Shown piece by piece: positions 26,104 through 33,567 of a stretch of DNA of 64,000 nucleotides (positions within the stretch are counted from its first letter, which is position 1; the number at the start of each line of letters is the position of its first letter). Location: positions 1 to 64,000 of the IMG/VR virus record IMGVR_UViG_641201025_000001; one strand, given 5' to 3'. Both the position numbers and the translations under genes were made by a program. This stretch comes from a virus. The notes below the pieces were generated by a model. The model searched no databases, was not told where the DNA came from, and worked only from the letters and a program-made list of their open reading frames with translations.

Positions 26104-27213
26104 TCACTTCTCCGTCCAAGTTGAAATTTCCGCCCATGCCGGGGCGGTTCGGTTTGCGCGGTTCAAGTCGCTCGTGATGACAGGTGAAACAATTTCATCC
26201 ACGAAAGCTGACCATCCCCACTTGAAAGTCTTGCGACACGTATCGTGTCCGCAGCCAAAAACGAAATCGACATCTGCACCGGGGATCGGGCCGCGAAAGT
26301 ACGCGCCGAACTCATCCCCGTTCGTGTGCATGTGGCCCCACGGGCAACGGATGCGATACTTGCCGGACATGTTCATCGAGACTTCGCCGCCGGAACCCTC
26401 ACCATACTTCATTTTGGAGAGTATCTTTTCAGCAGCCTTCAGATAGTACATGTCGAGCCGATGATCGCTCGGATCGATCTCTTGCGTCCGATAGATAGGC
26501 AGGACCGTGGTGAATCCGAATGCCTGCTCTATGTCCTCCATCGTGTATCGGTTCGAGTAGTCGGCGTGGAGTAGACGCACTTCAAACGGTCGGCCGTCTG
26601 CGCCCGCATACTTGAAAGCGCCGCCCGATCCGTGTCGCTTATTGTTGATGCCAATTGGCATCCGACCATAGCGGGAAACGTCTTTGATAGTGTTATCTCC
26701 GCCCTTCTTAAGCACCGACGAAACGAAACTACTGAGGAACGCTTTGAACTGTCGCATGTTTTCGACCGGCGTTGCCATGAAGTACCAAAGCTGATGATTC
26801 CCCGGACTCGTTTCGACAATTGCGGTCGGAACCAACTTCGAACAGATTTCCTCAAGGCCGAAATCACCTTTCGATCCCTTGCCCGTCCCGATATCGTCGA
26901 CCATGAGTGCAAGGCCATGCCCGAACGACGCTTCACCACGCCAATACCGCATCTGACCTTTGGCGTTCGCCGTGCGGATGGACGACGAGATACAGACGTA
27001 ACAGTTCGCTTTGTCATTGATGTATTTTCCATCCTTCCACGGAACCGGCCACCAACCGCCGTTCACCTTTTTGCCGTTCTCGTCGGTCTGTACCGTTGCC
27101 TCTTCAGCATAGCCGGCCATGACGCGCTCAGGCTCATCACCTTCCCACGGAATTCCTCGTCCGAGTTCGCGCAAGAACTCTTCGCATTTCACCAACTTCT
27201 CTTTCGGGGTCAT
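26104..27213 (-). CDS. AEP-type primase/polymerase (PrimPol-like) with C-terminal zinc-binding region
   Basis: Motifs resemble archaeo-eukaryotic primase motifs (LALMVDDIG; SPGNHQLWYF; …RYGRMP). C-terminal CPWGHMH…CGHDTC motif. ATG at 27213 is preceded by AGAGATAGCGGC. Confidence 0.5.
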   Translation of the reverse strand: MTPKEKLVKCEEFLRELGRGIPWEGDEPERVMAGYAEEATVQTDENGKKVNGGWWPVPWKDGKYINDKANCYVCISSSIRTANAKGQMRYWRGEASFGHGLALMVDDIGTGKGSKGDFGLEEICSKLVPTAIVETSPGNHQLWYFMATPVENMRQFKAFLSSFVSSVLKKGGDNTIKDVSRYGRMPIGINNKRHGSGGAFKYAGADGRPFEVRLLHADYSNRYTMEDIEQAFGFTTVLPIYRTQEIDPSDHRLDMYYLKAAEKILSKMKYGEGSGGEVSMNMSGKYRIRCPWGHMHTNGDEFGAYFRGPIPGADVDFVFGCGHDTCRKTFKWGWSAFVDEIVSPVITSDLNRANRTAPAWAEISTWTEK

Positions 27214-27338
27214 GCCGCTATCTCTGTTTTTCTGACTGAGAACGAACTCTATCATCAAGAAAAGTTCAGTGCAACCATTGTTTTCATCATAAACGACTGA
27301 TAAACTCTGATCCTCAACTCATAACGGAGATATTGAGC

Positions 27339-27656
27339 ATGGCGAAAACGATTCACAAGTACCACATTGACGCGGCAAGAGGGATCGCTGCGATCAGCAC
27401 TATCGAAATGCCGCGCGGCGCACATATCCTGTCGGCCGACTCCGAGGGCAGCGCCTTCGTTGTATGGGCGCATATCGATCAGAACGCCCCGTTCGTGAAC
27501 CGCCACGTCTACATCGCACCGACCGGCACGGTCACGCCTGAATTCCTCGGACGCGTGCCGGCGCTCATCGGTCGTATCGATGCTCGTCCGGTATCGACCA
27601 ACTCGAACTACATCCTGCGCTTCCACGCATTCGACTTTGGAGAAACCCCGCTGTGA
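27339..27656 (+). CDS. hypothetical protein
   Basis: ATG at 27339 after ACGGAGATATTGAGC (TTG at 27333 is an alternative); 105 aa; first gene of the rightward operon. Confidence 0.5.
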   Translation: MAKTIHKYHIDAARGIAAISTIEMPRGAHILSADSEGSAFVVWAHIDQNAPFVNRHVYIAPTGTVTPEFLGRVPALIGRIDARPVSTNSNYILRFHAFDFGETPL

Positions 27657-27904
27657 ATATCGCAAAAGGTTGGAGGTTTTACACTGCTGATTTCAGTGTT
27701 GTTGCGCGCGGCGACGGTCTGTCGCGAACCGGTCACGTCCTTCTCATCCGGGACGCTCCGAACCGTGCCGCTTGGCACAAACTCCCGGAACACGAGCAAG
27801 GCATAGTTCATCTGTTCGTGAACGGCGAAGGCGAGAATGTCTTTGATGCTATCGAAGACGCAAACTCCAAGGCGGCGAAGATTCCGCCGCTCACCAAGGA
27901 CTGA
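27653..27904 (+). CDS. hypothetical protein
   Basis: GTG start overlapping the previous stop (GTGA); 83 aa. Confidence 0.4.
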   Translation: MNIAKGWRFYTADFSVVARGDGLSRTGHVLLIRDAPNRAAWHKLPEHEQGIVHLFVNGEGENVFDAIEDANSKAAKIPPLTKD

Positions 27905-27907
27905 TAC

Positions 27908-29059
27908 ATGTCGGAAATCATTTTCAACGACCAGCAGGAAGCCGCGATTCACAAGGTTCTTGACTGGTTCGAGAAACACCAACGGATCGCGACGCCGAAA
28001 GACTGGTTCTTTCTGAGCGGGTACGCAGGAACCGGCAAAACGACGCTCGCCAAGTACATCGCGCAGCAGGTGGGCGGAATGGATAAAGTGGCGTTCATCG
28101 CGCCTACTGGAAAGGCAGCGGCACGCCTGCGCGCCAAGGGCTGCTACACCGCAAAGACCGTTCACCAATTCGCGTTCCGCTACCTTGGGGATGACGCAGA
28201 CGAAGACCCGATGTTCGTCGCGAAGGGCTCGATCGACGAGAAGCCGAAACTGATCATTCTTGACGAAGCCGTGATGAATGGTCAGCGCGCGATGGATGCG
28301 ATTCTTTCACACAATATCGCGACTCTCGGGCTCGGAGATATCGGGCAACTTCCGCCTGTGAAGGACAAAGCGTTCTTCCATGAGGGGAACGTCGACGTGC
28401 TACTCGATCAGATCGAGCGCAACGCCGGGAACATCGTGAAAGCGTCCATGTTCTTGCGGCAGGGCAAGCGTCTGCCGATCCGCGAATATGACGACGTTGC
28501 GGTTCGCGCGCAACTTCCGAGCGATGATGAACTCATGGCCCTTACCGGCGAAGACGCCGTGATTCTGTGTGCATATAACACGACACGCGAATCGATCAAC
28601 GATCGAATTCGCAACCTTCAGGGTCATACGTCGCGCATGCCGAAAATCGGCGAGAAACTCGTCTGCACGTTCAATCAGCATTCGCACCGCTTGATGAATG
28701 GCGAACAAGTAATTCTCCTTGAACTGCGCGAGCCGGCATCGCACGAGGCAGAAGCATTCCACCCCGACGCGCCGGACGAAATGATGATCGCCCGTGTGAA
28801 GAATCTGTCGGACGGCCGCGAACACCTGTGCGCTTTCAATCCGCTTTCGTTCAGCGATGATGCGACGACCCGGATCGCCGCGCAGAAGCGCCACGGCGGG
28901 TTCGACTACGGCGGCTGCCTGACCGTGCACAAGGCACAGGGTTCCGAGTGGGAGCGTGTCGGCGTTATCGAGGAAACCCTTCGAAACATGCCGTATGAGA
29001 AAATCATGTACACGGCCGCTACGCGTGCAATTTCGAGATTGGAGGTTTATCGCGCATAA
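27908..29059 (+). CDS. Dda/RecD-like SF1 DNA helicase
   Basis: Walker A GYAGTGKTT; Walker B ILDEAVM; GDIGQLPPV; C-terminal TVHKAQGSEW. Confidence 0.75.
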   Translation: MSEIIFNDQQEAAIHKVLDWFEKHQRIATPKDWFFLSGYAGTGKTTLAKYIAQQVGGMDKVAFIAPTGKAAARLRAKGCYTAKTVHQFAFRYLGDDADEDPMFVAKGSIDEKPKLIILDEAVMNGQRAMDAILSHNIATLGLGDIGQLPPVKDKAFFHEGNVDVLLDQIERNAGNIVKASMFLRQGKRLPIREYDDVAVRAQLPSDDELMALTGEDAVILCAYNTTRESINDRIRNLQGHTSRMPKIGEKLVCTFNQHSHRLMNGEQVILLELREPASHEAEAFHPDAPDEMMIARVKNLSDGREHLCAFNPLSFSDDATTRIAAQKRHGGFDYGGCLTVHKAQGSEWERVGVIEETLRNMPYEKIMYTAATRAISRLEVYRA

Positions 29060-29084
29060 AATAGCGTAAATTTCATCCAATTTA

Positions 29085-29117
29085 GGGCGTTGCTCACAAG
29101 GCAACGCCCTTTTATTA
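29085..29117 (+). terminator. rho-independent terminator
   Basis: GGGCGTTGC-tcacaag-GCAACGCCC followed by TTTTATTA. Confidence 0.75.
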
Positions 29118-29168
29118 TGTCGTCACGTTCTTAAACGAACCCCAATCAATTTTACACAGGTGACGAAC

Positions 29169-29834
29169 ATGACGCATGCAGCAGCCCACAATCAGGAGCC
29201 GGAACTGACCGCCGAACAGAAGCGCGAGAAGCGTGCAGCAGAAAAGCAGGCGGCGAAGGACGAAGAGCGCCGAATCGCGCAGGAGAAGAAGGACGCCGAG
29301 CGCGCCGAGCGCGCCGCGAAGAAGCAGGCCGAGAAGGACGCCGAGAAGAAGGCGAAGGCCGACAAGAAGGACGCCGAGCGCGCACTCGCAGCAGCGCAGG
29401 CGGCGGAAGAAGCCAAGACCCGCAAGGAAAAGCGCGCGGCCGAGAAGGCAGAAGCCGAGAAGGTCGCAGCCGAGAAGAAGGCCGCAGCCGCCGAGCAACG
29501 TATCCTTGATCGTCAGGCCCGTCGCGACGCGCTCGCGGCCCGCCGTGAGTCGACCATCACGGAAGGCGAGCGCCGGCAGAAGGCGACGCATATCGTGTTC
29601 ACGGACAAGGGTTTGAGCAAGCCGCAGCAGTTCTCGGTTCGCGGCCGGATTCTGGCGTGGATTCGCGCGAACTGTCCGATCGGCGAACCGGTTGCGATCG
29701 ACCATATCGGCAAGGAACTCGAACCGATCCTGTTCGGCTCGTCGATCCGTTCGTTCCTGTCGAAGCTGGAAGAAACGTGTCACGTCGACTTCGTTTCGCT
29801 CGAGAGTGCGCCGGCGGACAAGCCCGCAGAATAA
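29169..29834 (+). CDS. Lys/Ala/Glu-rich histone-H1-like / nucleoid-associated-like protein
   Basis: N-terminal ~140 aa are low-complexity AEKxAxKxAE repeats; the C-terminal ~80 aa are a globular, possibly winged-helix domain. Terminators flank the gene on both sides. Confidence 0.5.
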   Translation: MTHAAAHNQEPELTAEQKREKRAAEKQAAKDEERRIAQEKKDAERAERAAKKQAEKDAEKKAKADKKDAERALAAAQAAEEAKTRKEKRAAEKAEAEKVAAEKKAAAAEQRILDRQARRDALAARRESTITEGERRQKATHIVFTDKGLSKPQQFSVRGRILAWIRANCPIGEPVAIDHIGKELEPILFGSSIRSFLSKLEETCHVDFVSLESAPADKPAE

Positions 29835-29855
29835 GCGTAAAATTTAACGCTTGGA

Positions 29856-29897
29856 AAAAGCCCCGAAAGGTGAGATACTTTCGGGGCTTTTTCTTTA
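29856..29897 (+). terminator. rho-independent terminator
   Basis: AAAGCCCCGAAAG-gtgagatac-TTTCGGGGCTTT followed by TTCTTT. Confidence 0.8.
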
Positions 29898-29924
29898 TAT
29901 ACAACTTTCGAGGATTATCCTGAT

Positions 29925-30413
29925 ATGTCCAAAATGATTCGCCGCCCGCTCTACATTTTCGATCTGGACGGAACGATCGCCCTGATCGACCATCGCCGCC
30001 CGCTCGTCGACCCGCAACGAAAGCCGACGAAAGAGGACTGGCTCCGCTTCTATCTGCTGTGTCCGATGGACGAGCCGAACGCGCCGGTCATCCAAACCAT
30101 GATGTCGCTCTACGAGCGCGGATGCGACATTCAAATCTGGTCGGCCCGTGACGAAATCGCGCGAGAACTGACCATCGCATGGTTGTGCCACTACACGACT
30201 TCGCCGCGACATACCGTCGATGGCTGGCTCACGCACATGCGGCCCAATACCGACACAACGCCTGACACGCAACTGAAGCGGAAATGGTTGAACGCGATGA
30301 CGCCGTTCGATCGTGAACGTCTGGTTGCGGTCTTCGACGATCGTGATAAGGTCGTCGAGTTCTGGCGCGCGGAAGGTGTCGCGTGCTTTCAGGTGGCGAA
30401 GGGGGACTTCTGA
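29925..30413 (+). CDS. HAD-superfamily polynucleotide 3'-phosphatase-like protein (T4 PseT phosphatase-domain-like)
   Basis: N-terminal motif I IFDLDGTI; 162 aa; AGGA SD. Confidence 0.55.
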   Translation: MSKMIRRPLYIFDLDGTIALIDHRRPLVDPQRKPTKEDWLRFYLLCPMDEPNAPVIQTMMSLYERGCDIQIWSARDEIARELTIAWLCHYTTSPRHTVDGWLTHMRPNTDTTPDTQLKRKWLNAMTPFDRERLVAVFDDRDKVVEFWRAEGVACFQVAKGDF

Positions 30414-30676
30414 TGGATGCGAAGAAATTCAATGCGGCGGTTGTTCACACGATCGGAGAAGGGCATTCGGGAGTTCAGGACGACACGTGCATTATCAACG
30501 TCGAGAACGAACCGAGCCGGCTCGCGAAAATCATTTTGCTCGCGCCTCAAAATGTCCGCATCGTGACGGATGTCGGTGCGTCTTCGCTTTCCGGATGGGA
30601 TGACGTGAAAGAGGTCATCTATTGGGAGCCGAATAGCCCCGGAGAAAACGCGGTCCTCGAACTGAAGTTCATGTGA
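30413..30676 (+). CDS. hypothetical protein
   Basis: 87 aa; TGATG overlap. Confidence 0.4.
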   Translation: MDAKKFNAAVVHTIGEGHSGVQDDTCIINVENEPSRLAKIILLAPQNVRIVTDVGASSLSGWDDVKEVIYWEPNSPGENAVLELKFM

Positions 30677-30893
30677 CCCTTGCGCGCGGCGAGTTCCGCG
30701 CGTATCATCACCTTTCACACATAACGGAGATAGCGAAATGAAACAGATTCCCCAAGCAGACAGCGAAATCGCGCATACGTCAAGGCTGGAACGATGCGAT
30801 GCGCGGACAGTCGCCGCGACATGATCGCGCCGTCACGCCCATCGCATACGCGATCGGTTACGCTGATGCGAAACAACCCAAAACGGAGAAGCA

Positions 30894-32342
30894 ATGAGTA
30901 ACGAAAATGCGAAGGTGGTTTTCGAGGTCGACGGCGGTCTGAGCGATAACCGCTGGCGTCAGTACGCGCGCAACAATCCGGACCTGTACGACGAACTCGC
31001 GTGCAACGACGAGCCGAATCCGGATGTCGTGGCCGAACTGCACCGCGTGCGCAAGGAAGGATACGGGATCGTCATCGCGAGCGAGCGCAACGCGTTGAAC
31101 CGCGAACCGCTCGTCAACTGGCTCATTCGCAACTGCGATCTGCGGCCCGGCGAATATACGCTCGTCGACGATGCGAAATACGATGCTGCGGAGCATTTCG
31201 AGTGTGTCGTCGCGATCTACACGCCGAGCGAGGCGTCGTGCGAACTGCACTACAGCAAGACGGACATTCCGACGCCGCGCCTGTTCCTGATCGACAAGGG
31301 TCGCGTCGTCGACTACAGCGAAAAGCGCCGTGCACTCGAAAACGAAGCGAAACGCCTGAAACTCTTTCCGCAAGACATCGCGATCGACGCGAAAGGAGAA
31401 ATCATCGTCAACGCTCCGAAGGTCAGCATGAAAGCGATCGTGCCGGCCCCCGACGATCTGAACGCAGTCTTCGACGCGGCGGACGATCTCGGTTCATCGG
31501 AAGACGACCCGGTTCATCACCAAGAAGGCGATCCCGAAGAAGGTTACACCGAAAGCCCCGAAGAAAACGGCCCGTCCACCGCGAGCCCCGTTTTCTCGTC
31601 GCCCGTCGCGAACAAGGTCATCGTCCTCTACGTGACCGAAGACGGAAACAGCGAACTCGGTCAGCAAATTACGTTCGCCGTCCGCAATCTCGTGAAGGAA
31701 GGCTTCCCGATCGCGGTGATTGCTCACGCCGGCCGCGAACGAAGCATCGACGTTCACGAGCGCATCCGGAAGTTCTTCCCGGAAATTCAGCAAGGTCAAG
31801 CGCTCATCGCGTTCCGTGAAGACGGCATTCCCTACGATTCGCACGTGGCGAAATCGCTCATCGATCTGAACACGATGACGGGAAACAATGGCGCAAGCAT
31901 CGTCGCGTATTTCTCCAACGTGGAGCATACGGCCGCAATGTGCGACGGGTTCGTGGGGGCGGGTATCGCCGCGACGACGCCGGCCGAAGTCGAGTCGATG
32001 GCGCAAACCCTGAAATTGATTGCGCAGCATTCTCGCGGCGAATTCGGCGCAGGCCAAGCGGAACTCAGCGGGGGCCGCACGAACTACTATCTGATCCGCG
32101 TCGAAAATCCGCAGCGTGAAGAGCAGCCGGCCTATACGGCGGAATGCGAAGACATCATCGAAGCGCTGAACATGACGTTCGACGAAGGCTGCGAGTTTAA
32201 GGCTCTGTGGCGCACTGCCGCCGCGCGCCTTGGCAACCGGAAACAAGGTCATACGGCGCTGTATGACGCGCAAAAACGCGTGCATTACGCAACGCGCAGC
32301 CTGAAGCAAGAAGAGCGCAAGAAAGACTTGCTCGAAAGCTGA
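30894..32342 (+). CDS. two-domain protein: degenerate HAD-phosphatase-like N-terminal domain plus unknown ~330-aa C-terminal domain
   Basis: The N-terminal ~110 aa align with the 29925 protein (VVFEVDGGL vs YIFDLDGTI; PNPDVVAELHRVRKEGYGIVIASER vs PNAPVIQTMMSLYERGCDIQIWSARDE). The catalytic Asp is replaced by Glu. ACGGAGAAGCA ATG. Confidence 0.5.
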   Translation: MSNENAKVVFEVDGGLSDNRWRQYARNNPDLYDELACNDEPNPDVVAELHRVRKEGYGIVIASERNALNREPLVNWLIRNCDLRPGEYTLVDDAKYDAAEHFECVVAIYTPSEASCELHYSKTDIPTPRLFLIDKGRVVDYSEKRRALENEAKRLKLFPQDIAIDAKGEIIVNAPKVSMKAIVPAPDDLNAVFDAADDLGSSEDDPVHHQEGDPEEGYTESPEENGPSTASPVFSSPVANKVIVLYVTEDGNSELGQQITFAVRNLVKEGFPIAVIAHAGRERSIDVHERIRKFFPEIQQGQALIAFREDGIPYDSHVAKSLIDLNTMTGNNGASIVAYFSNVEHTAAMCDGFVGAGIAATTPAEVESMAQTLKLIAQHSRGEFGAGQAELSGGRTNYYLIRVENPQREEQPAYTAECEDIIEALNMTFDEGCEFKALWRTAAARLGNRKQGHTALYDAQKRVHYATRSLKQEERKKDLLES

Positions 32343-32715
32343 TACTACGTTAATCTAGAGTCTCACGTAGGGCATGCGTGAAACTCCGAAGCGTGGTTGA
32401 TGAGGGGCAGTAAAAGGAATGGCTCTCCTTGTTAGATGATCAGGCATCGAGCGAATTAGCGTGCGGAGTGAGTGGCGCACTTAAATGAATCTCGCAGGCT
32501 CGCAGTAATCGCGCATAAACGCGAAGACCCAAAGTTTGCAGATACCACAAACCAATTTCAAGAATCGGCCGCGCGCGTCGCGGTTGCACGGGCAAACAGG
32601 TGCATTAAACGAGGATAGACAGGGCATCTAGACGCAGAAGAGCAAGAACGCGGAGAATCTTCGTTTTTGTGATGACGATGCGGTCCTGAAAGTCTTACTG
32701 TTCGTCGCTTCCCCA

Positions 32716-32753
32716 AAGGGCAGATAGGTTCTCACAACTATCTGCCCTTTTTC
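32716..32753 (+). terminator. rho-independent terminator
   Basis: AAGGGCAGATAG-gttctcacaa-CTATCTGCCCTT followed by TTTC. Confidence 0.75.
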
Positions 32754-32780
32754 ATAACCGATAGAACAGGAACCCCGAAA

Positions 32781-33374
32781 ATGATTTTCACCGTTTTCGA
32801 TACGGAAACTACTGGTCTTCCGTCTCACCCGCTCGCGCCGCTCGATCGACAGCCGCGCATTATCGAATTTGCCGGCATCGTAACGGACGGCCGCGATATT
32901 CTCCATACGCTGGAATTCCGCTGTAACCCCGGCGTCGCACTCGAAGAGATCATCACGAAAATCACCGGCTTGACCGATGCAGACTTGCGCGATCAACCGG
33001 ACATTTCGCATTTCTTCGGCGAACTGAAATCGTTTTTCGGGAAAGAGCCGATGCCACATGTTTTCGGCGAGAAACCGAAATTCGCTCGCGTCGCACACAA
33101 CCTGTCGTTCGATCGAAACCTTCTCGACTACGATCTGAAACGCCGGGGAAAGACGCTCGACGACATCGGGTTCAATGACGCCCTGATGATCTGCACGGTC
33201 GAGCAGACGACGCCGCAGTTCGGCCGGCCGATGAAGCTACAGGAACTCTGGTCGCGCGCTCGCGGCGAGTTCACGCAGAAACACCGGGCGCTCGACGACG
33301 TGATGCGCCTGCACGATGTCTGTATTGACTACGGCATTTACTCCGCTTTCGAGGAACAAAATGAACTTCTGTAA
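32781..33374 (+). CDS. DnaQ-like (DEDD) 3'-5' exonuclease
   Basis: Exo I VFDTETTGL, Exo II AHNLSFD, Exo III HRALDD. Confidence 0.75.
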   Translation: MIFTVFDTETTGLPSHPLAPLDRQPRIIEFAGIVTDGRDILHTLEFRCNPGVALEEIITKITGLTDADLRDQPDISHFFGELKSFFGKEPMPHVFGEKPKFARVAHNLSFDRNLLDYDLKRRGKTLDDIGFNDALMICTVEQTTPQFGRPMKLQELWSRARGEFTQKHRALDDVMRLHDVCIDYGIYSAFEEQNELL

Positions 33375-33567
33375 AGACTGCGCGAACCTGACGATCGACG
33401 GCATCACGTGCGCTCGCGGACCGTATATCAAAGGCGTCGACCCGGTAACGGGGAACGAAATTCGCGATTACAAAGTAATCGACTATGCGCGGCAAGAGCG
33501 CAAAGGGATCATGCCGTGGAAGTGCGGCAAGAACGCTCGTTTCTTCAAGGCAAAGGAGCAAAAATGA
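33361..33567 (+). CDS. small zinc-ribbon protein (MNFCKDC family; paralog of 17420-17647)
   Basis: See 17420. Overlaps both the 3' end of the exonuclease gene and the start of dnaE. Confidence 0.45.
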   Translation: MNFCKDCANLTIDGITCARGPYIKGVDPVTGNEIRDYKVIDYARQERKGIMPWKCGKNARFFKAKEQK

